From: Heterodontus francisci
Lineage: Eukaryota
Length of the DNA stretch: 64,000 nucleotides
Assembly: GCF_036365525.1 (NCBI RefSeq)
Contig: NC_090407.1
Span: 19,540,234-19,604,233, forward strand
Direction of reading: 5' to 3'
Shown here: piece by piece, positions 1 to 11,950 of the stretch
Position numbering within the stretch: the stretch's first letter is position 1
Layout of the letters: the number at the start of each line of letters is the position of its first letter
Notes under the pieces: generated by a model
What the model saw: the letters and a program-made list of their open reading frames with translations, nothing else
The model's database searches: none
Told to the model about the DNA's origin: nothing
Position numbers and translations under genes: made by a program

Positions 1-767
1 AACCCCAGTGAGAGTCAGTACCTTCAGGAGAGGAGGGGACCTGAACCCCAGTGAGAGTCAGCACCTTCAGGAGAGGAGGGAACCTGAACCCCAGTGAGAG
101 TCAGCACCTTCAGGAGAGGAGGGGACCTGAACCCCAGTGAGAGTCAGCACCTTCAGGAGAGGAGGGGACCTGAACCCCAGTGAGAGTCAGCACCTAGAGG
201 AGAGGAGGGGACCTGAACCCCAGTGAGAGTCAGTACCTTCAGGAGAGGAGGGGACCTGAACCCCAGTGAGAGTCAGCACCTTCAGGAGAGGAGGGGACCT
301 GAACCCCAGTGAGAGTCAGCACCTTCAGGGGAGGGGGGGACCTGAACCCCAGTGAGAGTCAGCACCTTCAGGAGAGGAGGGGACCTGAACCCCAGTGAGA
401 GAGTCAGCACCTTCAGGGGAGGGGGGGACCTGAACCCCAGTGAGAGTCAGCACCTTCAGGGGAGGGGGGGACCTGAACCCCAGTGAGAGTCAGCACCTTC
501 AGGAGAGGAGGGGACCTGATCCCCAGTGAGAGTCAGCACCTTCAGGAGAGGAGGGGACCTGAACCCCAGTGAGAGTCAGCACCTTCAGGAGAGGAGGGAA
601 CCTGAACCCCAGTGAGAGTCAGCACCTTCAGGAGAGGAGGGGACCTGAACCCCAGTGAGAGTCAGCACCTTCAGGAGAGGAGGGGACCTGAACCCCAGTG
701 AGAGTCAGCACCTTCAGGGGAGGAGGGGACCTGAACCCCAGTGAGAGTCAGTACCTTCAGGAGAGGA
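1..767 (+). repeat. 43-bp tandem repeat (AACCCCAGTGAGAGTCAGCACCTTCAGGAGAGGAGGGGACCTG)n, ~18 units, truncated by window start
   Basis: Near-identical 43-bp units are directly visible; a further monomer lies at ~1016-1050. Confidence 0.97.
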
Positions 768-1012
768 ATTTAAGGTAAGGGGCGGGAGGTTTAGAGGGGA
801 GTTGAGGAGGAATTTTTTCACCCAGAGGGTGGTTGGAATCTGGAACACACTGCCTGAAGGAATGGTAGAGGCAGGAACACTTACGACATTCAAGAAATAT
901 TCATCTAAAGGCTACGTGCCAAGTGCGGGGAAATGGGATTAGTTAGGACAGGTGCTTGATGGTCGGCAAAGGCGCGTTGGGCCGAAGGGCCTGTTTCTGT
1001 GCTCTAAAACTC
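768..1012 (+). mobile_element. CR1-type LINE 3' end fragment
   Basis: Typical CR1 ORF2 end/3'UTR motifs: 'ttttttcacccagagggtggttggaatctggaac', 'gggccgaagggcctgtttctgtgct'. Confidence 0.75.
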
Positions 1013-1453
1013 TATAACCCCAGTGAGAGTCAGCATCTTCAGGAGAGGGGAAGGGGCTGTGGGTGGGAAGTGGAGGAAATAGTAAAAAGAGACAGTCGGA
1101 TGGAACTTCAGGTTGAGACTGAATCTGCTTCAAGGACACGGGACAGATCGCTGCCAGTGACAGACACAAACACACACACATCCATAAGCAGTTGAGCCAA
1201 CCATAAGAGAACACAATTGATTTAGCCGCTGCCCCCAGTACCTGTATTACAGCATTGGCACTGAGGGATTAAGGACTGCTGGAATTGCAAGGTTAATGGA
1301 GTGATGCTATCAAGCTGGTAGGAGCAGTCAGATATCCATTCAGTCTCCCTCATACAACTGGGCAGCAGAAATCCCATCTGTATGTGTCCTCAGTATAGCT
1401 ATCAGCACAGATATCGAGAGGGCCTACAGTTTTAACTAATTCCTGCTGCAGAT

Positions 1454-3035
1454 TATTTATTTGCAAAATACACTTTAGTCATAAAAATCTGTAAAAAATA
1501 CATTACAAAACAGTTCAAAACAGCACCAAGTCGACAATACAAAGAATGTAAAGGAGATCGGGTTCCTCCAATACAGCAGTGAGTTGCCTCACAACCCTTC
1601 CATTTCATTTTACATGCCATGTACATTCTGCAGCAAACCCATATTTTCCAGATACAGTTCGAGGGGTTTCCCATGGATCCAGCCCCTCAGTTCAGCTTGG
1701 TGGGGGGGACCTTACACAGTGGTCTTTCCCCATTGAGCCTTTGATTTAGTGCAGGGGCACATAGTCCTGGACCTTGGAATGTGCCAGTCTGCAATACTCA
1801 GTCGTGGACAACTCTTTGCACTGGAAGACCAGCAAGTTTCGGGCAGACCAAAGAGCATCTTTCACTGAATTTATGGTCCTCCAGCAGCAGTTGATGTTTA
1901 TCTCGGTGTGCGTCCCTGGGAACAGACCGTAGAGCACAGACTCCTGTGTTAGAGCTGTTTGGGACGAACCTCAACAAAAACAACTGCATCTCTTTCCACA
2001 CCCCCGGACCCGGTCCATTTTGGATCCCCAGATGAAGTGGAAAATGGCTCGGGTGACCGCCAGCGCAGGAGTGGGGTATGGGCCAGACCTGCACCACGTA
2101 CAGCAACATCATGAGCACCTCGCACCTGATGACCAGGTTCTTACCCACAATGGAGAGAAATCGCTTCCCCCACATGCTCAGCTTGTGTTGTACCCTGGCT
2201 ACTCGCTCCTCCCAGGTTTTGGTGCACGCCCCAGCCCTTCCGAACCATATCCCCAGCACCTTCAGGTAGTCTGACCTAACGGTGAAGGGGACAAAGGATC
2301 GGTCAGCCCAGTTCCCAAAGAACATGGCCTTGCTCTTGCCATGGTTAACTTTGGCTCCCGAGGCCAGTTCGAACTGGTCGCAGATGCTCATCAGTCTGTG
2401 CACAGACAGCGGATCCGAGCAGAAGACGACGACGTCATCCATGTACAGGGAGGTTTTAACCTGAGTGCCTCCGCTGCCTGGGATTGTCACCCCTCTTATG
2501 CTTGCATCCTTCCTAATAGACTCAGCAAAGGGTTCAATACAGCAAACAAACAAGACAGGGGAGAGAGGACAGCCCTGTCTGACTCCAGATTGGATCGGGA
2601 AACTTTCTGATTCCCACCCATTGATTGAGACTGCCCGACTGATGTTTGTGTAGAGCAGTTTGATCCAATTGCAGATTCCCTCCCCAAACCCCATTTTGGA
2701 AAGCACGTCCATCATGTAAGTGTGCGATATCCTGTCAAAAGCCTTCTCCTGGTCCAGACTGATGAGGCAGGTGTCCACCCTCCTGTCCCGTACATAGGCG
2801 ATCATATCCCTGAGTAGCACGAGACTATCAGAGATCTTCCTGCCGGGTACAGTACAGGTCTGATCAGGGTGAATCATTAACTCCAAAGCAGACTTGACCC
2901 AGCTGGCGATGACTTTGGACAGAATCTTGCAGTCTACATTAAGCAGTGAGATGGGCCGTCAATTTCTGATTTCCGCCCTCTCCCCCTTCCGCTTGTAGAT
3001 GAGGGTGATGATGCCTTTCCTCATGGATTCTGACA
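1454..3035 (-). mobile_element. Tx1/L1-clade non-LTR retrotransposon, 5'-truncated and internally deleted (RT fragment)
   Basis: ORF 1798..2886 has RT motifs SLDQEKAFDR, GVRQGCPLSP and LYMDD. 3' tail near 1454. Homologous to 56448-58351. Possible TSD TGCTGCAGAT (1444-1453) / TGCTACAGAT (3036-3045). Confidence 0.92.
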
Positions 3036-3485
3036 TGCTACAGATGCTTCAGTAGATAACAGCTCGGAGTCAGATGCCATGTCCCATCCCCAGTTATTGG
3101 ATCAATCAACACACACCCCATCTCACAGTCAAACTGTCTCTCCTTGCACCAGGATGCAGAACAGTAAGACCTCAGTGAGCAAATCCTGGGACATACACAG
3201 ATTGGGGGTGTGGAGCAGAGGTTCAGGGACTGCAGGATTGCACTGAAACCAATAACTGTAAACAGCTCCCCCACTGGCTCACAATCCCTCCCTCCTCCAA
3301 TAAATAAAGTCTTAAAAAATAATTCAAAGTATTGACTGTAGTTCCCATCTGTAAAGTGTAACTTTTCTTTTTACACCTCCAACATCCTACACAGGGATTA
3401 AAATCAACCTTACAGTGAGGCACAGATGTGTCCTGTGGTCTGAGGGAGGTCCCCTGTAAATTAGTCTGATGCATAACTTTAATTT

Positions 3486-4084
3486 CGAGACTGTTACCCA
3501 CCTCCTTCTGGAATGTATCTTTGCAAAGCAGGTGTGGAAAGAGATGCAGTGGTTTTTGTCGAGGTTTCTCCCAAGCAGCTCTGTAACACAGGAGTCTGTG
3601 CTCTACCGGCTGTTCTGAGGGACGCACACCGAGACAAACATCAACTGCTGCTGGAGGACTATCAATTCAGTGAAAGATGCTCTTTGGTCTGTCTGAAACC
3701 TGCTGGTCTTCCAGCGCAAAGAGTTGTCCACGACCGAGTGTTGCAGACTGGCACATTCCAAGGTCCAGGACTACGTGCTGAGGGACGCATTAAAGCTTGA
3801 GGCAGTCGCAGCAAAGGCTCAATGGGGAAAGACCACTGTGTAAGGTCCTCCCACCAAGCTGAACTGAGGGGCTGGATCCATGGGGAACCCCTCGTGCTGT
3901 ATATACCAAATTAAAATACAAATGTACATTGCATGTAAAATGGAATGGAAGGGTTGTGAGGAAACTCACGTTCAGTATTGAAGGAATCGGATTGTTATTG
4001 TACTTTCCAAAATGTCAAATTTGAACTGTTTTGTAATTTTTTTCACCAATTTTTATAAATAAAGTATATTTTTTTGAAAAAAGA
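3486..4084 (+). mobile_element. Tx1-like LINE 3' fragment (same family, opposite orientation)
   Basis: Matches the ORF2 C-terminus and 3'UTR of the other copies, has AATAAA and an A-rich tail, and is flanked by the 11-bp TSD AACTTTAATTT (3475-3485 / 4085-4095). Confidence 0.9.
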
Positions 4085-4564
4085 AACTTTAATTTGGTGC
4101 AAAATTGGCCATTTCAGTGGATCTATTGCAACAAAACGCACTTAAAAGTTGTTGCACACTGAAATCTATTCCAGATTCCCTCGGCATTCCGAGCTTATCC
4201 AATGAGTATTGAGTCATAAAGACTGGGAAGATCCCATTCCACCTTGGATCCCTGCTCGGTGACCGGCAGGTTGACGGCCTCTGACATCAGCCCACCTGGA
4301 CATCGGAAGATTAGACATTATTCCATCCACTAATAAATCACTATTCAGTGACTCCTGCTGCACACGTGCAGATTAGGGCCACAGACGGGAATATGCCGGG
4401 TTACGATGCCCCCTGTGAATGAATAGCTGATCGACGCCGTCAGAGTTCACATATAAGAATGGTCCCTGAGGATAGGTACTGGAGGGTGACCTGAATGCCT
4501 GGAATTGTATCTCAGAGTCAGAACTATTTACAAATGGAGAACTGTCAACCTACTGAATTCAGGC

Positions 4565-4765
4565 GGGACCACTTGGCTCTCCGAGTCAGAAGATGGTGGG
4601 TTCGAGCCCCACCCCAGACTCAAGCGCATAATCCAGGCTGACACCCCAGTGCAGTACTGAGGGGGTGCTGCGCTGTTAGAGGTGCCTTCTTTCAGCGTCT
4701 GCCCCAAGTCCTAAAATGGGGCTCAAACCCATAACCTTCTCACTCCAGGTGCAAGCGTGACATTC
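4565..4765 (+). mobile_element. tRNA-derived SINE fragment (SacSINE1/Deu-SINE-like)
   Basis: Box-B-like 'gggttcgagcccc' and body 'gtgcagtactgagggggtgctgcgctgttagaggtgcc' shared with other copies in the window. Confidence 0.6.
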
Positions 4766-5097
4766 CCTCGACAGCCAAGATGGCACAAATATTTGGCCGC
4801 TGACAGAAAAATGTCTCAGATCGGACACAGAATTACAGCGAGACTACACTAAAGGAACAGACCATTTGACACAACTGACCTATGCTAGTGTTCATGCTCC
4901 ATATAAGCCACCTGCCATGTAGCCCCTGTTGCCCTCTATTCCCTTCTCCCTCATGTATGCGTCAAGTTCTCCCTTAAATGCATCAATGCACCAACTCTTC
5001 CATGTAGCAGTGACTTCCACATTCGTACCACTCTGTGTACTGACATAGCTCAAATCCTTTCTTTAATCTGTTAGTGACTGTCTAGTATTTATGCCCC

Positions 5098-6354
5098 GAA
5101 ATGACAACAGAAAGTGCTGGAAATACTCAGCAGGTCAGGCAGCATCTGTGGAGTGAGAAACCGAATTAATGTTTCAGGTCTGTGACCTTTCATTTTTAAC
5201 TTTTGCCAGTTCTGATGAAACAGTCTTTGAGCAAATGAAACAGGGGGGGGGGTGGGGGAAGATTATATGACAGATGTCGTGGAACAGATGCAAATGCAGT
5301 GCTAAACAGTTATCAAGATCGAGAGATACAGCACTGAAACAGTTATAGGTGAAAGACAAAGCATGAGTTCAGAGAGAGTGCTAATGGCAGAATAATGAAC
5401 AGCTCTGTACGAAAGCAAAAACATGAAAAATAAGTTTAAGACTAGAACATGATTAAAGAATAAATAATAATAAAAACATATAAACAAAAAATAATGGGGC
5501 TCATGGTCTATAGAGGAGGCTGCATTGCGAACCGCATATACTGTATAGTAAATTGAAAGTACAAGTATCAGCTGCTTTGCCTGATAGGAGCGTTTGGGGC
5601 CTTGGATAGTGAGGAGAGGAGAGAAGCAGTGATTTCTCTCTACATTGGGGATACTAAAGGTAGATTGGGTGACTGCTTTGCAAAACACCTCCGCTCGGTC
5701 TGAAAGCATGATCTCGAGCTTCCGGTTGCTTGCCATTTTAATTCACGATCTTGTTCTCATGCCCACATTACCGTCCTCGGCCTGCTGCAGTGTTTCAGTG
5801 ACCAACAAGCTCGAGGAACAGCATCTCATTTTTTGATGAGGCCTACAGCCTTCTGGACTCAATACTGAGTTTGATCATTTCAGACCATGAGCCCCATTAT
5901 TTTTTGTTTATTATTTATACATATATATTCTTTAATTATTTATTGTTTAATCATGTTCTAGTCTTAAACTTATTTTTCATGTTTTAGCTTTTGGACAGAG
6001 CTGTTCATTAATCTGCCATTAGCACTCTCTCTAGACCCGTGCTTTGTCTTCCACTATAACTGGTTAGTACTCCATTTGCATTCTGTTCAATGACATTTCT
6101 GTCATTTAATCTCTCCCCACTCCGTCCCATCACAGTCCTTCCCTCTTGTTCTTCTCCCCCTTGCCCCCCCCCACTCCTCCCTCGCTCAAAGACTGTTACA
6201 TTTCTAACTTTTGCCAGTTCTGACGAAGAGTCACAGACCTGAAACGTTAAACTCTGTTGCTCTCTACACAGATGCTGCCAGACCTGCTGAGTATTTCCGG
6301 CATTTTCTGTTCTCATTCCAGAGTTCCAGCATCCACAGTATTTTGTTCTTATTA
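5098..6354. mobile_element. Penelope-like element insertion with inverted duplicated 3' end
   Basis: ~5635-6350 (+) matches the GIY-YIG end and 3'UTR of the element at 53843-55531. ~5100-5515 is the reverse complement of the same 3'UTR. The whole unit is flanked by the 15-bp TSD TAGTATTTATGCCCC (5083-5097 / 6355-6369). Confidence 0.88.
6215..6256 (+). ncRNA. Putative minimal type I hammerhead ribozyme in Penelope 3' repeat
   Basis: agtt-CTGACGA-(agagtc aca gacct)-GAAA-cgt-TA-aact: CUGANGA and GAAA cores, helix II, palindromic AACGTT minimal helix III, and AGTT/AACT helix I. Confidence 0.65.
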
Positions 6355-8649
6355 TAGTATTTATGCCCCCTTGTTCCAGACTCACCCACAATTGGAACCA
6401 CTTTCCCCATGTCAGCACTTCCCCAATTAGTCAGCCTGAAGCTGCAAAGGCTGAGTACAGAGGCAGCAGTAGCAGACTGTGAGCTGTAGGACTGAGCCAC
6501 GGGTGGTTTTAATGGGCAGACTCACAGGTCATTAAAATTAAAAATCAAAAGCAGCTTTGTGCCGGAGCTGGAAGGAATCTGGTAAATCAGTCCTGGTGGG
6601 GTGGGGGGGGGGCGGGGGGAGAGGAGGGAAGCAGAAGGGGGCCACTTTTAAAGAGCAAGTGGAAAAACATAGCCAGTGAAAACAAACATGGGTGTATGAA
6701 GAAAATCGCACCCAGAGAGGGTGGGCCTCAGGTACACAGTTTAATACACCCAACTGCTGCATGTAAACAGCCACCAGCGCAAGCCAAGAGACTCCTACAC
6801 AAACTCGCGGATAAACCAGTCACTGCTTATGGGACCCTCTCGTGTGGCAAATATCTTTATAAAACACTAGCCATCTCCCGTGGGTTGTCAGAACTGGTAA
6901 CTGGTCTCCAGGTGAGGGGGTTAAAGTGCAGGGGGTAATTGAATCAACACATACAGATGTAATTCAACCTCATTTTATAGCCCTACATTCTGTCCTTATT
7001 TTCATAGAACACAAAACATGACAAATTTTTAGCCTGAATAGTGCCTCATCCCCTGCCTCAGTTTACTGTGCTCCAAGTTCTGTATCATTCGATGTAATCC
7101 AGCTTCCAAACCATGACAAAAGGGAACTGCACAAACTTTAATCCCCGTGCTGTGCAGCAAAAGGGGCACAAATATACAAGAAGTTACTGCACCTCAGGGA
7201 GCTACTCTCCCACTGACACTGTACACTCAGGGTTACAGTACAATCTGCACCATTTCTATCTTGAGACACATACAGCAGACTAGTCATGCTCAAACTAACA
7301 CACCCGCTGTAGGTGGCGGGGACCGTACCAGATACTAAGAGGACTATCCCTCAACTTTAACTCCATTCACAGACAGACACACACACCCATCTATAAATTT
7401 CTCTCAACTCACTCAGCCCAGCATGGAGTTAGAAATGGGCCTGAGCAGAGAGAGTGACAGCGGAGTGTTACACTATAGTCACTCAAGGAGAACAGCTCCT
7501 CCCATTTGCAAACCAGCCAGAGCTCCATCCATAATTTAAACAAAAAACAAAATCGCTGGTCTAAAGTTTCATCTGAAGATTGTTTCTCGGCATAAAAGGC
7601 TTCTGCCTATGGCTGAAAGCCCACATCAGCATTAAACACACATCAGCCTGCCCACACTGACAGTTGCAAACACTATCCTGCTTCAGCTCTCCTGCCCCAA
7701 ACCGGCTGATTCAGCCCTCAACAATTAGCAGGGATTTATTTTGAGAGAGATTCCCTTTGTCACTACCTCAGAGAGAGAAAACTCAGGGGCAGGTTTCAAT
7801 CCAGTCAGGTTAACACACACAGGATTTGGGCCAATGCTGCACAGACAGTGCTAGGGTTTTGGTTTCTCCTTTCCTCCAGCCACTGGGATGTTGAACATCA
7901 CAGTTTACGACTGGACTCTGAAAGGACAAGTCACTAAAATCAGACATTGCTCACCCTGGTTTTGTGGGATTGAAGTCAGGTCTAGTTAGGGGTGCTGACA
8001 GAGAGGGCAGTTTGTGATTTAAAGAGACAAGTTTTGTCGTTTCATCAGTTACCTCCCCCAGGTAACTAGCCAAAAGAACAGCAGATTCTCACCAATCACG
8101 TTTCATCAACTCGTTGCCATGATATTCGGATTACAAAAGTGCGGGAGAGAGAAAAAAAAAAATCAACCAAGCACCCAAACTGTAACTTCCCCAGGAATTC
8201 AGCATATTGCAGCACTGGGCACAGAGGCCAAGGTCCCTACTCGATGACTGTTCAATAACTTCTATTGCATGCACTTTGGAGGATGATGGAGATAACAACT
8301 GGATTTTAGTGTTGCCGTGTTGGTTGAATGGAGTCTCTGCCTGGGCTCAAACATGAAGACTGGATACTTGGGGGAGGGGCAGTGTTCTTGATGCTCATGG
8401 AACTGGATCCCAGAATGAGTCAGAAACTTCAGAATAAAGGAGGGGAATAAATTCACAGTAAAAGGAGGGAAAATAAATGGGGAGTAAGCTGTTCCACCTG
8501 GGCAGACACCACCTTTTTAAAAACTCGGCCACATGTTGGAGTTACAGTACAGTTACAGGTTTTAGGACCAGTGTGACTGGGCTAAATGCCCCCTGCCCGT
8601 GCTTCCTGCAAACACTGAACATTAGACGAGGTCTGAGGGCAAAGCATAC

Positions 8650-8740
8650 CTTATCCTGCTGCTCCCGTTGTAGACTCTCCTCCACGCGCTTCTCAATCTC
8701 CTCTTGAACAACCTTGGCATATTGAGAATCAAGCTCCTCA
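8650..8740 (-). CDS. ccdc50: CCDC50-like coding exon 4 (EELDSQYAKVVQEEIEKRVEESLQREQQDK)
   Basis: AG/GT boundaries, 91 bp, frame continuous with the previous exon; similar to the CCDC50 coiled-coil segment. Confidence 0.85.
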
Positions 8741-8764
8741 CTAGACACACAAACAGTGCAGTTA

Positions 8765-9110
8765 GCTCAAGAAAGACCTGCATTTACATAGCACCTTGCA
8801 TCCCAAAGTGCTTTACAGCCAATGAAATACTCAAGAGGCCTGGTTACTGCTGTAATGTATGAAACGAGGCAGCCAATCCTTACAGAGCAAGATCCAAAAA
8901 TAGCAATGTGATAATGACCAGATAAATTCCTCAAATTAGTGTATGGGATATTTAACCTTTATCCAAAATGGGGCTTTGCTTTAACGCATCATCTTAAAGA
9001 CAACCCCTCTGACAGTGTAACACTCTCTCAGTACTGCGAAGGGAACATCAACCTGGATTAGGGTCTCTGAAATGGGGCCTGAAACTTCTGCCTCAAAGTG
9101 GAAAGTGTTC
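8765..9110 (-). mobile_element. SacSINE1/Deu-SINE-like copy
   Basis: Reverse-complement match to the copies at 13140-13480 and 39000-39350. Confidence 0.65.
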
Positions 9111-10633
9111 CCCATTACTGTAGTTCAGCACAAAAAGAGCCCAGTTAAATTAACAAGGAGTGAGGGGGAAAAGACTGAGCGAGGGTAGAGGGAGTGTGTG
9201 GTGGAGGGTCGACAGGGTGGGGGGGGGGGGGTGCGGGGGGGGGAGAAGCTACCAGGAGTTTTGATTTGAACACAGTGATGATGATGTCGGGAGCAGGAAG
9301 AGTGGGTAAAGCCAGAGGGTTTGCAGCTTGGGAGGAACGAGAGGAAAGCTGAGTGGAGGAACTACATTGAAAGCATTAACACAAGCTCACGTTGGACTCC
9401 ACATTCAGGAAACACAATAAGTAGTTGTAGGAACGTCCTTGCAGCTTACACCAAGTGATAGAGGTTTGAATATTCCAAGTAGGAGCTGGAGGTGCTTCAG
9501 GAGAGGAGCAGCTGACAACACCCGATTTTACTGCTTGTGTATCTGACGTGTGTAAACTCAGCACCAAAGCAAGTTACTGCCTGACTGAGACACCCTGCAG
9601 GCTTTGCCTGATACAAGGAGCAGACTCCTTGTAGAGACATGCTCTAGTTACTAAAGTCCAGAGGGCTTAAGAATCTCACAAGGAACGGGTCAGAGAGGCA
9701 CTCGAGGCTGTTCAGAGGAAGTCCTGGAGTTTACCAGCACAGAGTTCTGACCACCTTCCCATTCTACCAGTCACAGCCTTGGTTTGAAGGGTTCCCCACA
9801 GTTTTGCGTGGGAATAATCCCAGCCCTGTGAGCGGTCTACCTCTCCAGTGGTGAGCCAGACTGGCTGGTCCATTCACCAGGACCTGGTGGGCTCAGGCAA
9901 CAGATTGTGCAGCCAGCCCGACCGTAGATACCCACTTACCTGTGATGGGCAGCTACCAGCCAGTCACAGGACAAGTGCAGGCAGGAGTCCTGGGCAGGTG
10001 GAAGATGATGTCAGGAGTTACACCCGAGCAGCACAACTCCCTAAAGCTGTACATCACTGGACTCAAAGCCAGATAATGTACAATGGAATGAAAGTCCACC
10101 TCAGCCAGAGAGGGAGGATAAAATACTGAGCCAGAGACCAACTGGATCCTGGGGGAGGGGCAGGGCAGGAGCTCCGGATCCTGGGGGAGGGGCAGGGGCA
10201 GGAGCTCCGTCCCAGTGGGTACAGCGCCCAATAGCCGATTGTTCCACAGACAGTCGTGTTGCCCAGAGGCTGCACGGAGGGCCTGGTGCATTGTGGTCGG
10301 AAACCAAGTTCACTAAGTCAGTCAAAGGGACAGTTCAAAGGCAGAACTTTCATTTTATATATTTTTCTTTTAAGCAAATAGTCACCTGAATTTTATTTGC
10401 TGTTTTATACAAATGTCAATGTTATTAGAGACAGGGAGCCCCTGATCCCTCTGCCACCTTCCCAAGCCTGTCGTACCCTCACCATCAACCATCCTCTCCC
10501 CAAGTCCGGCTGCTCCTTGCCCATCCTCTTACCATCCACCCTGTCCAGGCAGTTTCACCCTCCACTTTGCCCCTTGTCCGGCCTCTCATTCAGCCCCCGC
10601 CCCCCTCCCCCTCCCCCACCCTGATATACATAC

Positions 10634-10763
10634 ATCTGCTGCTGGTGCTCCCGACTGTAGTGTTTGGCCTCCAATTCCTCCGCATCCTGCAATTTCTTGG
10701 CCACACAAACATCCTGGCGGACTAACTTGTTCTTCTCAATGTTTGAGGCGTAGTGCTGTTCAA
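10634..10763 (-). CDS. ccdc50: CCDC50-like coding exon 3 (IEQHYASNIEKNKLVRQDVCVAKKLQDAEELEAKHYSREHQQQ)
   Basis: 130 bp, ttcccag / gtatgt boundaries; aligns to human CCDC50 [28 protein letters not shown]. Confidence 0.88.
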
Positions 10764-11129
10764 CTGGGAACACCAACACAGGACATCATTTAACATTGTC
10801 ATGGGACTCACTCCTTGATGAACAGCAACTGAGCTTTAACATTTTTCAGGCAGGGATGAACCAGAATCCCAGGAAACTCCCTCTCTCCATACCCGCAGAC
10901 TCCGACTTTCATTGAGGTGCAGGTTCCACAGCTCCGCCCCCTCATATCCAAGCTTTGCCACTGATAGAGAATTCCACTGTAGCAGGTGTTACAGATTTCA
11001 TCGAATGCCCCCCCAGTCAGACATCTCCCCAACCCCACCAAGCTGGATTTCAAAATCTGCATGCTCCTTTTACAAATCTCTCCGTGCCCATACCTCATCC
11101 TCAGCTTCCCTGGCCCTACAACCCAGTTC

Positions 11130-11950
11130 ACTCCCTCCACTCGAGATTGAGCTAATCCACCCATCCCTCCACTCGAGCCTGAGCTAATCCACCCATCCCT
11201 CCACTCGAGACTGGGAGCCAACCCACCCATCCCTCCACTCGAGCCTGAGCTAATCCACCCACCCCTCCACTCGAGCCTGAGCTAATCCACCCATCCCTCC
11301 ACTCGAGCCTGAGCTAACCCACCCATCCCTCCACTCGAGACTGGGAGCTAACCCACCCATCCCTCCACTCGAGACTGGGAGCTAACCCACCCATCCCTCC
11401 ACTCGAGACTGAGCTAACCCACCCATCCCTCCACTCGAGACTGGGAGCTAACCCACCCATCCCTCCACTCGAGACTGAGCTAACCCACCCATCCCTCCAC
11501 TCGAGACTGGGAGCTAACCCACCCATCCCTCCACTCGAGACTGGGAGCTAACCCACCCATCCCTCCACTCGAGACTGGGAGCTAACCCACCCATCCCTCC
11601 ACTCGAGACTGGGAGCTAACCCACCCATCCCTCCACTCGAGACTGGGAGCTAACCCACCCATCCCTCCACTCGAGACTGAGCTAACCCACCCATCCCTCC
11701 ACTCGAGACTGGGAGCTAACCCACCCATCCCTCCACTCGAACCTGAGCTAACCCACCCATCCCTCCACTCGAGACTGGGAGCCAACCCACCCATCCCTCC
11801 ACTCGAACCTGAGCTAACCCACCCATCCCTCCACTCGAACCTGAGCTAACCCACCCATCCCTCCACTCGAGACTGAGCTAATCCACCCATCCCTCCACTC
11901 GAGCCCGAGCTAACCCACCCATCCCTCCACTCGAGACTGAGCTAACCCAC
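11130..11950. repeat. 29-31-bp minisatellite (GAGCTAACCCACCCATCCCTCCACTCGAGACT[GG])n
   Basis: About 27 visible tandem units. Confidence 0.95.

Noticed and set aside
1798-2886. 362-aa reverse transcriptase as a functional gene or novel RT system
   Set aside because: 5'-truncated, frameshifted and internally deleted Tx1 LINE fragment.
1-8649. Further ccdc50-like exons (exon 5 onward)
   Set aside because: No convincing match found by eye; they probably lie left of the window, though a diverged exon could have been missed.
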